A DNA stretch of 40,225 nt from Macrostomum lignano (lineage: Eukaryota), in NCBI GenBank assembly GCA_002269645.1, contig NIVC01004631.1:1-40225 (forward strand), in the 5' to 3' direction. Shown in pieces: positions 1 through 10,864 of the stretch; position 1 is the stretch's first letter, and each line of letters opens with the position of its first letter. The notes below the pieces were generated by a model. The model made no database searches. It was given only the letters and a program-made list of their open reading frames with translations, and was not told the DNA's origin. The translations under genes were made by a program, and so were the position numbers.

Positions 1-83
1 GCGGGATTGATTCGATCAAGAAATGCTACTTTGGTTGATTTTTATTCTGAGTTTGGGAGGAGTTTACGAGTTCGATATCTCAC

Positions 84-233
84 CTCTACGCCAGGCTGAA
101 CATGAGGTTGTCTTCGATTCTCAGGCGGCACACCTGGCTCCTGCCGCTGTCGCCGTAGCAAATCCACACACTGCCGTCTGGACTGCTCAGACCGCTGCTC
201 ACCAGGGCTGATTGGGCTCTCCATATCGCCCCG
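84..233 (-). CDS. Probable exon, beta-strand-rich; possible TBC1D2 C-terminal extension or a neighbouring gene
   Basis: Acceptor cccaacAG at 234-235, GAIWRAQSALVSSGLSSPDGSVWICYGDSGRSQVCRLRIEDNLMFSL, and a GTGAGA donor at 83. One extra G at 91-92 is needed to avoid the TAG. Confidence 0.5.
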
Positions 234-240
234 CTGTTGG

Positions 241-855
241 GTAGATTGAGGGTGAGATTAGATGGTGAGATTTGATAGAAGCTGAGATTTAATGGTGAGA
301 TTGGATAGAGCTGAGATTTGATGGTGAGATCGGATAGAGGCTGAGATTTGATGGTGAGATTTGATGGTGAGATTTGATGGTGAGATTTGATGGTGAGATT
401 GAATAGAGTGAGATTTGAGGGTGAGATTGGATAAAGCATGAGACTGGATAGAGTGAGATTTGAGGGTGAGATTGGATAAAGCATGAGATTGGATAGAGTG
501 AGATTTGAGGGTAAGATTGGATAGAGTGAGATTTGAGGGTAAGATTGGATAGAGTGAGATTTGAGGGTGAGATTGGATAAAGCATGAGATTGGATAGAGT
601 GAGATTTGAGGGTAAGATTGGATAGAGTGAGATTTGAGGGTAAGATTGGATAGAGTGAGATTTGAGGTAAGAGAGTGAGATTGAGGGTAAGATTGGATAG
701 AGTGAGATTTGAGGGAAGATTGGATAGAGTGAGATTTGAGGGTGAGATTGGATAAAGCATGAGATTGGATAGAGTGAGATTTGAGGGTGAGATTGGATAA
801 AGCATGAGATTGGATAGAGTGAGATTTGAGGGTGAGATTGGATAGAGTGAGATCT
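241..855. repeat. Minisatellite, ~28-bp unit GGATAGAGTGAGATTTGAGGGTGAGATT with shorter variants
   Basis: Direct periodicity; it accounts for ORFs 86-805, 258-1028 and 289-585. Confidence 0.95.
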
Positions 856-1269
856 GAGAGGTGTCTACACACGGCTGCTCTCCAGAGTTCCATTAGGACA
901 CTCCCTACTCCATCGAAATTAATTTCTTCCCACAACAAGGACACATGGACAGACGGACATTCGGCCCAAATCCCATGTTTGGGCGTGTCCGCAACTCGCA
1001 GCTCGAATATCTGGCGATGGGCCTCCATGAATAAAAATAGATTTGTTAGACAAATAAGCAGCCCCGTTTCTCATTGCCGTATCGATTGATAATACGGCTG
1101 TAGTTTAGCCATCTGAGCAAAAGTATCAAGTTTCGGATCGAATCGGTTCTATATATAGCTTTTATTTTGTCTAAAATTGTGTTCATTGATCGATAAAAAC
1201 GTGTCTTCTGTAGTTTCCTGTTGTTTTTAATATAAATCTTGTTTTTCAGTTTGTTTTGTAGAAAATTAC

Positions 1270-1700
1270 TAACCATATCAGTCAGTGTACATTCATATGT
1301 CATTTAATTTGGGTTTTTTTAATTCCTAACCCTATCAGTCAGTGTACGCTTGTACGAGTACATTCAAGGTCGTTTCAATCTGCTTATATAAATTCATACC
1401 CTATCAGTATACATCCAAGGTTATTTTAATTTTCTTTAAATTCCTTTTTTACAAGGTATCAGTCAGTGTACATTCAAGGTCGTTTTAAATTTGTTTTAGA
1501 TTTCTACCTTATCAGCGTACATTCAAGGTCATTTTAAATTGTTTTAGATTCCTACCCTGTCAGTGTACATTCAAGGTCGTTTTAAATTTGTTTTTATTCC
1601 TTACTCTATCAGCCAGTAGTGAACATTCAAGGTCGTTTCAATCTGTTAAATAAAGCTTGAAACCCGCTAAAGCTACATTAAATGTACACTGAAGGTCATT
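1270..1700. repeat. Degenerate ~50-60-bp tandem repeat (CAGTGTACATTCAAGGTCGTTT core), ~7 copies
   Basis: The core recurs at regular spacing. Confidence 0.8.
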
Positions 1701-1717
1701 CCACCCAGTACCCTCAC

Positions 1718-2407
1718 ATCACACGCTGCTTCGTCCTCTTCCGCCTCCTCTTCTTCATCCTGAAGCGCTCTCCGCCGCAGTCGCTTCCGCCTCTCATCAG
1801 CCTCCGCCAGCGCCGCGATGTACACACCCGCCTGGCGTCCAGCTCCCGTCTAGAAGGCACCCCGGCGTCGGCTCCCGCAGCAAAGGCCGTCCTGGCGAGC
1901 CCGTCAACATCGAATGCCAATCTGGCTGCGGCTTTGAGATGACGCCACAGCCCGATGGTGTCCGTCTGCCTCAGTAATGCCGCCTCGCTAGACTTCAACA
2001 CCGCCAAGGCGAACCGGAACAGCACCTTGGGTCCTTCCAGTAGGAAACAATCCCACAGTCTCAGCAGAGTTTCAAACGGCAACGCGTCAAAGTAGATGGC
2101 TAGAAACCAGTTCAAAGTCACGGTGCCAACGTCGATGTCCAGATTGGAAATGTGCTCGTGCAGATTGGGCATCTGGCGACGAATCAGGTCCTTCAGCACG
2201 AGCTGGTCGGCCTGGGCGCCCAGCAGGCTTCCGGTGAAGTACAACACGGATGAAGTAGCACTCGGTGACCGCTACGAGCAGCCAGAAGGCGTCTTCCTTG
2301 CTGAGGAAGAGCAGGCCCATGCCCGCAATAAAGTTCATGCCTTGGCAATAGCCCACGCTGGGATTGTGCAAGCAGAAGGCCTGCAGAATTTCCTGGAGCT
2401 TCTGAAT
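1718..2407 (-). CDS. TBC1D2: TBC1D2-like exon, TBC domain C-half plus acidic tail (two apparent frameshifts)
   Basis: IQKLQEILQAFCLHNPSVGYCQGMNF (YxQ glutamine finger), then WFLAIY and LRLWDCFLLEGPKVLFRFALAVL, a canonical TBC domain. It ends ...EEEEAEEDEAACD at a GTGAGG donor. Confidence 0.9.
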
Positions 2408-2499
2408 CTGTAGGAGGTATATTGCACAGAATAGTAATTTTATTTTTTAGAAATTAATTTCACACACGGCCAAGGATTAGCCTATTAAAAAAATTGCGC

Positions 2500-2860
2500 C
2501 TTAACCAGTGTACATTTATTCAATCACTTAGGCTGCTCAATCCCTTACTCTAGCTAGTGCACATTCAAGCCGCTCAATCCCTTACCCTAGCTAGTGTACA
2601 TTCAAGCCGCTCAATCCCTAACCCTAGCTAGTGTGCATTCAAGAACATGCATTCCCTTACACTAGCCAGTGTACATTCAAACCGCTCAATCCCTTACCCT
2701 AGCTAGTGTACATTCAAACCGCTCAATCCCTTACCCTAGCTAGTGTACATTCAAACCACTCAATCCCTTACCCTAGCTAGTGTACATTCAAGCCGCTCAA
2801 TCCCTTACCCTAGCCAGTGTACATTCAGAACATGCAATCCCTTACTCCAACGAGTACATT
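2500..2860. repeat. 37-bp minisatellite CGCTCAATCCCTTACCCTAGCTAGTGTACATTCAAGC, ~9 copies
   Basis: Direct periodicity. Confidence 0.9.
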
Positions 2861-2891
2861 CAGCAACCATCTCCACCCTGCTTCCGCTTAC

Positions 2892-3131
2892 CCTTCGCTA
2901 TCAGACGACTCGAAGCGCACATTCCCGGGCATTGTGCGCATCAGATCCAGTGAAATCTGCTTCCGATGCTTGGCCACAATATCCGACTCCGTGGCCGTTG
3001 CACCAACCCGGAATAGTACTGTTGGCCTCGCACAGACCGGATCTCTTGCACCTGGGCGTGGATTAGCTCACGCCACACGGCTGACCGGTACATCCGCGAA
3101 TGCCGCCTCGTATTAAGCTTTTAAGCTCGGT
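2892..3131 (-). CDS. TBC1D2: TBC1D2-like exon, TBC domain N-half (three apparent 1-nt deletions)
   Basis: ELKSLIRGGI(P)RMYRSAVWREL...QYYSGLVQR(A)...KQISLDLMRTMP contains the IxxDxxR arginine finger. Donor GTAAGC. Confidence 0.85.
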
Positions 3132-3201
3132 CTGTGAAAGGACACCAATTCCATTTAGTGAGTGCGCCTAATCGATTGTGTTTATTAATAGCTTATTTTA
3201 C

Positions 3202-3430
3202 CGTCTTTGTGAAAGATCTATTAGAAGCAATGAATGACTTCCAATGCCTCTGATGCTCGTCGTATCTGTCTAGAGTTGTAGCGTAGTGCTCGTGCAGCTG
3301 CCTGCTGATGTAGTGCAGCTGCATTGATTCGCTCTCCTGGCTGTGGCGGAAGCCGTAGCTGTCCACGTGACCGTCTGGGGACACCAGGCTGCGGGTGGGA
3401 GCAAAACTCGATGAGAACGAGTGCAGTTGT
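3202..3430 (-). CDS. TBC1D2: TBC1D2-like exon, pre-TBC 'DxYGF' motif
   Basis: HVDSYGF...HWKSFI contains the DxYGF motif and the Trp that precede TBC domains. Acceptor ctcctAG, donor GTAAAA, followed by a 70-nt intron. Confidence 0.85.
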
Positions 3431-3436
3431 CTAGGA

Positions 3437-3690
3437 GCTGGGGGCTGGGGTGAGGCACTGAGGGTAAGGCACTGTTGCTATGGTCTCGGGTTCATGTTGC
3501 TATGGTTGGGGATGAGACATTGGGGTTAGGCACTGTGGATGAGGCCATGAGGCACTGGGGGTGAGGCATACTGGAAGTGAGGCACTGGATTGAGGCACTG
3601 GGGTGATCAGGCACTGGGGTGAGACACTGAGGGTGAGGCACTGGGGTGAGGCACTGGGATTGAGGCACTGGAGCTGAAGTAATGAGCGCT
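3437..3690. repeat. Degenerate ~13-bp minisatellite GAGGCACTGGGGT
   Basis: Direct periodicity, adjacent to the acceptor at 3431. Confidence 0.85.
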
Positions 3691-4103
3691 GAGACTGAGA
3701 GCCATAGTAATTAGTAGTTGCGTTAAAAAATTGAAATAGCAAAAGAAAATCATGGCAATATAGGATTATCCTATTGATAACTCATTGATAGGCCAATCCC
3801 CAGAGCAGTTATTGCTAGCAGAAATTGCTGATCAATAAACGAATTCAAACTAGTTGTGTTCCGCCAAGCCTTTGAAAGACTCAGGGCTGCTAGTACTAAG
3901 AAAACACATTGGGACTTGCCTTTCAGAGACGGAAGTGGCACAGAGAGAAGGATTTTGCCCACACAATGCGTCTTTAGTGTCCTAAATCAACCCCGTATAA
4001 AAGTGCATGGACGAAGTGGAAATGCCCTTGTGTGTGAATTTTTCTGCGATTGTTTCTCGTTATTACTAAGCTTGAAGAACTATAAGTTCAAAACAAAAAT
4101 TAC

Positions 4104-4307
4104 CTTTCAAAAGTTGGCAGCCGTGGATTAACAACGCGAGCCTCTTCTAGGAGCTCCCTAAGCCGTTCCTTGTGACGCCCGCCGCCATATAGATTGAGTT
4201 CGATGCCGTCTGACACGTCTCCAGTTGGCACAGTGATGCAGGATTGCAACAGGAACAAGTAGTCTCGTTTCCAGTTCTCCAGCTGCAGCTTGTGCTCGCG
4301 AAACAAT
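4104..4307 (-). CDS. TBC1D2: TBC1D2-like exon, pre-TBC region
   Basis: LFREHKLQLENWKRDYLFLLQSCITVP...RLRELLEEA resembles 'ESKYLILLQ...LLEDAL'. 204 nt, phase 2/2, donor GTAATT. Confidence 0.8.
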
Positions 4308-4394
4308 CTTTAGGGTTATTGGGATTAGTAGCTTCATATATGCCTTTTACTAGTTATTGTAGCACAGGAATTCCGTTGAATTTACGAGCTATTC

Positions 4395-4750
4395 TTAGGT
4401 GTCCCTTCGTGAAATGTGCATTCTCTTGGGCCACTCCCTTTACTCTGGCGTTCCTTCGTAAATTGTACATTCTCTTTGGCCACTCCCTATATTCTGGCGT
4501 CCCTTCGTCAATTGTACATTCTCTTTGGCCACTCCCTTTAATCTGGCGTTCCTTCGTCAATTGTACATTCTCTTTGGCCACTCCCTATATTCTGGCGTCC
4601 CTTCGTCAATTGTACATTCTCTTTGGCCACTCCCTTTAATCTGGCGTTCCTTCGTCAATTGTACATTCTCTTTGGCCACTCCCTTTAATCTGGCGTTCCT
4701 TCTCTCAATTGTACATTCTCTTTGGTCACTCCCTGTACTCTGGCGTCCCA
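4395..4750. repeat. 49-bp minisatellite (CGTCAATTGTACATTCTCTTTGGCCACTCCC...), ~7 copies with two alternating variants
   Basis: Periodicity of 49 bp; TATATT and TTTAAT variants alternate. Confidence 0.9.
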
Positions 4751-4843
4751 TCGTGATGTACTTCAGATCCGGTTTTCATATTTAGACATTCAACCACCTC
4801 TCCAACTAGCTGTAAAACGAAAGTAAAAAGCAAATCTGATTAC

Positions 4844-5003
4844 TTGTCCTGATTTCGAAACTTCTCCTGTTCCATGTGTCTCAGCGAGGTGATTCGTCGA
4901 ACTTCGCTGTTTCACAAATCGATTGTTATTCTGCAGTACGCGGCACTGCTCCTCTAGGTGGCGCAGGTTGTCCGATTTCTCTTTTATCCAGTCTAGCATG
5001 GCT
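4844..5003 (-). CDS. TBC1D2: TBC1D2-like exon, coiled coil (one apparent frameshift)
   Basis: AMLDWIKEKSDNLRHLEEQCRVLQNNNRFV then, after removing one A at 4910-4912, NSEVRRITSLRHMEQEKFRNQDK. This resembles the TBC1D2/2B 'QNKFLNxEI' segment. Donor GTAATC. Confidence 0.7.
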
Positions 5004-5619
5004 CTGTGTGGAAATTCAGAGATTGGGTTGGCTGTACTTCAAGTTACTTTTAAGTACAACAATAGGAAACGGAAGAGCTACTTAGCAAGTTTTCAGTCAT
5101 TAACAAGAACTCCAAACAATCAAAGCGCTGGAGTTCTGGCTGTTTAGGTTAGGATTAGGTTTTTTAGTGTTAAGGTTATTTTTAGAGACTGCAGACAATT
5201 TTTGGTCCTTAAAATGTGATCCTGTCAGTCAAAGCTCAAAAGTCGCATAGACCCATTGATCACCATACATGCACGAGCAATCTCTTACAACTAAATAAAA
5301 CCGCCTCATCTCTTAGGCCTCCAAGTACTTTAGGAATCTACAGCAGAAACTGTTGCTAAGTCGGTTTTACTGGAAAAATCTGGTTGAAAAAATACAGCAG
5401 ACTTCGAAGGCTTGTCTCTAAGCATGAGAATGCACTCACGATTCGGACTTGAACCTCGGCGGCCCGGCGCGAGTGACGTTAAATCTGAGGGCTCTGAAAG
5501 ATTGGCGTTGTGTCGGGAAATCGTGACTTCTTTAGCTGGGAAAGGTATTATTAAGACTAGCTTCTTTTTGACAGCAAAGGATTAAATTACTGTGCCAGTC
5601 TGGCAAGGTCAACAACAGA

Positions 5620-6330
5620 AGCATGAACTCAACAGAAATAGATTGGATAGCATCGAATATCTATGATAGAATTGAGGTTAAATGTTTAGTCATTCCAAAA
5701 GTGCAGTCTCGATCGAGCATGCCAACTGTTGTGCAGTGTGAAATTGTTGCTCAAGTGGTTAGGAAAGTGGGAAACATGCTCGAGATTATGGAACAAAGAC
5801 TACAATGTATACATCTAGTGCAAAATGTGTTATTTAATTATCGAATTGTTTTACCCGTTATCTTTTTGAGCATTCTCCAGCTGCTCAAGTCTATGGGATG
5901 GTTAAAGAAGCAGGTTTGCTATTAAGGAACTCAGCAGAATTACGGAACAATGTTTACTTATATAATGCTAAATGCATTCGCGAGACAGGGAGTCTTCAGT
6001 TTTCAACGTCTTATTTTAGCAAACATTCAAGATATCTTACATTCTTGAATTCACAAGTTAAAAAAGCTGAAACTGTACTTTTGGAGAGCAGCGATGCTCA
6101 CAACACAGTTGTTGTGAGCCCGTATGCTCACAATACGGGCTGGTAATTGTGCTTTTCTAAACAGATTTTGCAAAGGTTTTATTTTCGGCAAAATGTTCAA
6201 TGGGATTTGGCCCCCGGACTCTCTTAAGTAGTCCATGATCTGGCCATAGACAAATTTGGTTGAAAATCTGGATTCGAAAGGATTGTCTAGGAAAAGTACA
6301 GAACACACGACAAAGTTTATCACCGTTCTG
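5620..6330 (-). mobile_element. Possible degenerate LINE 3' (zf-RVT-like) remnant in a TBC1D2 intron
   Basis: Broken frames give FSTKFVYGQIM, WRMLKK and CSLC...EHVSHF, reminiscent of the C-terminal Zn-binding region of non-LTR elements. It contains stops and frameshifts. Confidence 0.3.
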
Positions 6331-6402
6331 CGAGTTTAGTGTTTGTTAAACTTTAGTTGTCCATAGTTTAAATAGTGTATCAATTGAGTATTTCCTCCTC
6401 AC

Positions 6403-6516
6403 CTGCTCAGTTTCAAGTCCAGTTCGGCGATCAGGGTGTCACGCTTTCTCAAAACCTCTTTCAACGCGGAATTCTGCTTTTGCAGGTCCTCCATTTCATG
6501 TCTGATATCGCTGTCG
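6403..6516 (-). CDS. TBC1D2: TBC1D2-like exon, coiled coil
   Basis: DSDIRHEMEDLQKQNSALKEVLRKRDTLIAELDLKLS shows a heptad pattern. 114 nt, acceptor ttttAG, donor GTGAGG, phase 2/2. Confidence 0.8.
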
Positions 6517-6621
6517 CTAAAAGTACAAACAGTGAATTATACTTAAATATTTAAAGTGCATAAATGCTGTGTACTTTCTACCACATTCCCATACCGATAT
6601 CTCTGCCTCATAGCTCACCGT

Positions 6622-7425
6622 CTCAAAACTCTCTGCCCGAAGCCACCCACCCAAAACTCTCTGCCCCGAAGCCACCCACCCCAAAACTCTCTGCCCCGAA
6701 GCCACCCGCCCCAAAACTCTCTGCCCGAAGCCACCCACCCAAAACTCTCTTCCCCGAAGCCACCCACCCCCTCTCCACCACCCCCAAAACTCTCTGCCCC
6801 GAAGCCACCCACCCAAAACTCTCTTCCCCGAAGCCACCCACCCAAAACTCTCTGCCCCGAAGCCACCCACCAAAACTCTCTGCCCGAAGCCACCCACCCA
6901 AAACTCTCTGCCCCGAAGCCACCCACCCAAAACTCTCTGCCCCGGGGCCACCCACAGTCCCAAAACTCTCTGCCCCGAAGCCACCCACCCCAAAACTCTC
7001 TGCCCCGGGGCCACCCACAGTCCCAAAACTCTCTGCCCCGAAACCACCCACCCCAAAACTCTCTGCCCCGAGGCCACCCACAGTCCCAAAACTCTCTGCC
7101 CCGGGGCCACCCACAGTCCCAAAACTCTCTGCCCAAAGCCACCCACAGTCCCAAAACTCTCTGCCCGAAGCCACCCACCCCAAAACTCTCTGCCCGAAGC
7201 CACCCACCCCAAAACTCTCTGCCTCGGGCCACCCACAGTCCCAAAACTCTCTGCCCCGAAGCCACCCACCCCAAAACTCTCTGCCCCGGGGCCACCCAGT
7301 CCCAAAACTCTCTGCCCCGAAGCCACCCACCCAAAACTCTCTGCCCCGAAGCCACCCACACCAAAACTCTCTGCCCCGGGGCCACCCACAGTCCCAAAAC
7401 TCTCTGCCCCAAAGCCACCCACCCC
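6622..7425. repeat. C-rich minisatellite, ~29-bp unit CAAAACTCTCTGCCCCGAAGCCACCCACC plus a ~38-bp variant
   Basis: Direct periodicity; it generates five overlapping spurious ORFs. Confidence 0.95.
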
Positions 7426-7436
7426 AACAGACTCAC

Positions 7437-7836
7437 CCAGCGTCGCTTTTCTTAACCGCGAAACCAGAAGCGGACGCTCCACCAGAGCTGCTGGCTTCAG
7501 AACGGCAGCTGCTACCCGACCGGTCTCTGGACTCCTGCGCGCTGTCTCGCCCTGAAGTCGTGAAGCACGCCTGCAGCTGAGGACTGCCACCAGCACCTGC
7601 TGGGGTGGAGACGCTGTAACGTTTCGTTGGTTTTGTTTGTTGCTGCTGCTGACGCGACTTGCTGGGCGATTCTTCAAGCAAACTGTCGTAGTTGAAGTCG
7701 GTGCCAATCTCCGAGCCCTGGTCGGAATGCTGCGGCGACGCCTTGGTGAGGCTGACTGAGAAACTTTGCGACATTGACAGGCCGAAACGATTGCTAAGTG
7801 AATCGCTGAGCTTGCGAGTCACGTTGCCTAGGTAAC
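7437..7836 (-). CDS. TBC1D2: TBC1D2-like exon, Ser-rich low-complexity linker
   Basis: ORF 7433-7822 extended to the acceptor atcgcAG at 7837; donor GTGAGT; phase 1 to 2 fits its neighbours. Confidence 0.75.
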
Positions 7837-7934
7837 CTGCGATTAAGGAATGAAGATTTTTCGATTTGGTAAATTAGATTTTTAAGTATAAATTTAGAAA
7901 TAGATCTCCAAGATCTCACCTGAATTTTTAAAGA

Positions 7935-8455
7935 TCTCACTTCAATCTCACCGAATCTCATTCAAATCTCACAGAATCTCATTCAAATCTCACCGAACCT
8001 CATTCAAATCTCACAGAATCTCATTCAAATCTCACCGAACCTCATTCAAATCTCACATAATCTCATTCAAATCTCACAGAATCTCATTCAAATCTCACAG
8101 AATCTCATTTAAATCTCACCGAACCTCATTCAAATCTCACATAATCTCATTCAAATCTCACAGAATCTCATTCAAATCTCACATAATCTCATTCAAATCT
8201 CACCGAACCTCATTCAAATCTCACAGAATCTCATTTAAATCTCACCGAACCTCATTCAAATCTCACATAATCTCATTCAAATCTCACAGAATCTCATTTA
8301 AATCTCACCCAATCTCATTCAAATCTCACCGAACATCATCCAAAACTCACCGAATCTCATTCAAATCTCACCGAACGTGATTCAAATCTCATAGAATCTC
8401 ATTCAAATCTCACCGAACGTGATTCAAATCTCATAGAATCTCATTCAAATCTCCG
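7935..8455. repeat. 21-bp minisatellite AATCTCATTCAAATCTCACAG
   Basis: Direct periodicity. Confidence 0.95.
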
Positions 8456-8676
8456 TAAAATCGCATTGCATTTCGCTTTTTTAGCACATTTTTCTTTTGT
8501 AAAATACTTTCCCAATTAAACTCCCCTTTGCCATGGCAGTCGCTAAAAGTACTTTACGAGTTTTGCAGGACAACTACATGTAGAAATTAAAATTTTTTAA
8601 TCCCAAGAAATCAGAGCTTGCTGTGCTGAATAGATCAGATAGTTAGGACTACGAAATAACTGACGACTCGACTCAC

Positions 8677-8740
8677 CGTTCTCAGGGCTCAAATAGAGCA
8701 GCGGGAGGTCTGGAATTTTCCTTCCCGGACTAATCCTGGC
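8677..8740 (-). CDS. TBC1D2: TBC1D2-like small exon, linker
   Basis: Strong acceptor (ttcctctcAG) and GTGAGT donor; reads ISPGRKIPDLPLLYLSPEN. The 64-nt length conflicts by one base with the flanking phases. Confidence 0.5.
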
Positions 8741-8878
8741 CTGAGAGGAACAAGAGAAAACTAAAACGAATCCTTTTCTTCCTAGTGCCTAAAGGCAGTC
8801 TGAAAACTTAATCCCTTTAAAGAAGACTTTTTCGTCTGAGAGCAATTCAGAAACCGCAGAAAAGACTGAAAAACCAAC

Positions 8879-9023
8879 CGTCATCCTCTTCTTCAATAGC
8901 CGACCGAGTCATCAGAGCGCTGGCGTCTAGAATGCTGATCCGCGACACCCGCCTGTCCGCGCCACCGAAGCTGGCGAAATTTCGCCTTCCATAGCCGAAG
9001 CTGGCGTCGGGCGCGGACTCCCG
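8879..9023 (-). CDS. TBC1D2: TBC1D2-like exon, linker
   Basis: RESAPDASFGYGRR...SAIEEEDD is open in phase 0 after the previous exon. Acceptor aatcAG, donor GTTGGT. Confidence 0.6.
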
Positions 9024-9209
9024 CTGATTGGTTTAAAACAAATTTAAGCCATTTTACGAGCGTAAAACTTCTAAAACCCTATAGTTTTATTGCCCTCTCC
9101 GGTTGTTTTAAGTAATTCTACTGACACCCACCCCACTCCTTCACACCAGCGGTTTTATTGTTGACCCCTTCCTGTTCAAAATATCCCAATTTAAACCAAC
9201 CCCACTCCC

Positions 9210-9710
9210 GACCCCCTTGTTTATTCACCCATTTCAAACACCCCAATTACCACCCGCCAACTCATCTAACCCTTTTTATGGCTCCTTTTTCCAGAGACCC
9301 AATTCACACCAACCCCACCCACTCCCAGACCCGTTGATTTTATCGCCCGTTTCAAACACCCCAATTAACATCCGCCAACTCATCTAACCCTTTTTATGGC
9401 TCCTTTTTCCAGAGACCCAATTCACACCAACCCCACCCACTCCCAGACCCGTTGATTTTATCGCCCGTTTCAAACACCCCAATTAACATCCGCCAACTCA
9501 TCTAACCCTTTTTATGGCTCCTTTTTCCAGAGACCCAATTCACACCAACCCCACCCACTCCCAGACCCGTTGATTTTATCGCCCGTTTCAAACACCCAAT
9601 TAACATCCGCCAACTCATCTAACCCTTTTTATGGCTCCTTTTTCCAGAAACCCAATTCACACCAACCCCACCCACTCACAGACCCGTTGATTTTATCGCC
9701 CCGTTTCAAA
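9210..9710. repeat. ~119-bp tandem repeat, ~4 copies
   Basis: CCGCCAACTCATCTAACCCTTTTTATGGCTCC recurs about every 119 bp. Confidence 0.9.
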
Positions 9711-10086
9711 CACCTCAAATTAACACGCGTCAACCCCTCAACCTTAGATTTTATGGCTCTTTTTTTCCAATTTATACCCTCCATTTAACTGCAGCCAGTA
9801 TAAAAGAACACCCTTGTTTGCACCCACCCCAACCGTTAAAACAATCGGTTTTCTCCCAAATCAAAAAACCCCCAATTTAACCCCCTCTCTTCAAACCCTC
9901 AGTTTTAGTGATTATGTTTTAAACACCCTTATTTATACCCAACCCAACCCCTCAAACCATAAATTTATTTCCATCGATTTTATCTCCTCTTAATGCAAAC
10001 AAACTTTTATATTTCCCAATCCTTCCTTCCCACTCTATATCTTTACATCTGCAACTCCATTTAGTCCGACTATGCATTGAGCATAC

Positions 10087-10255
10087 CCGTTTTTGAGCCT
10101 GCAAAGCCAGCTGTTTACTGGAGGCAGTGGCTCCCAGACCCTCCGGTCGCATCTCCTTAGTAAAGTAGGCATCTCTATTAGCCTGCAGCGCCATCACCCA
10201 GATCATCATTGACTCGTGATTCTCGGCTTGCAGCACGAACTCCTTGCCCTCGGAG
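10087..10255 (-). CDS. TBC1D2: TBC1D2-like exon, PH domain C-terminal helix
   Basis: SEGKEFVLQAENHESMMIWVMALQANR is the typical PH terminal helix with its conserved Trp. Acceptor ttgcAG, donor GTATGC, phases consistent. Confidence 0.85.
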
Positions 10256-10864
10256 CTGCAATCAAATTGTTAAAACACAAAACACGTGATCTTCTAGTTT
10301 GTCTTGACAGTAAATTAAAAACCGAATACAAAAACGTTCCCTCATATCATTGTGAGCTATACTTAGATTGCAAGTGCGCAGTTAAACAAAAAGCTTACAC
10401 AAAAATATAGCTAAGAGAGTTCCGATGTCACACTACAAGTGTGTGAGACAGCAGATACTGTATAGCCGCCATTGACACTGTCCACAGGCTGAGTATGTAT
10501 AATCTATGTAATTAGATTGAGTGCACCCGAACTTCCTCAACGTACTTGGACAAGTAATCTAGTATTGACACATACCAACTGAACAACCGTGTATACTGTG
10601 TGCACAAGACTGACTTGATTTAGCATTTGCAAAATAGGGAACTTATTGTGCAAAATAAATCACTTAGGCATTGCTACATACGGGCTACATATTGAGGTCA
10701 ACTCAAGGTCACATACGCAATGCAGGTACTGTAGGCTTGCCCACCTGATCAATAGCTGCATATTGTACTCAATTTTCATCTCCCTCTACTCTTTCCTTTC
10801 CTCCTCTCTCTCTTCCACCTTATTCCTCAACCTGGAATTGCTTGTGCATTCAGGTTGGAAAGAA

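Noticed and set aside
1820-3100. Programmed ribosomal frameshifting in TBC1D2
   Set aside because: There are too many shifts, no X_XXY_YYZ slippery sites, and the same pattern appears in DTWD2. Indel error or decay is simpler.
5144-5160. TTAGG telomere-like run
   Set aside because: Only about three imperfect units; chance level.
6517-7707. Pro-rich / Gly-Trp-rich ORFs suggesting extensin- or mucin-like proteins
   Set aside because: They lie within a TBC1D2 intron and are open on both strands because of the repeat.
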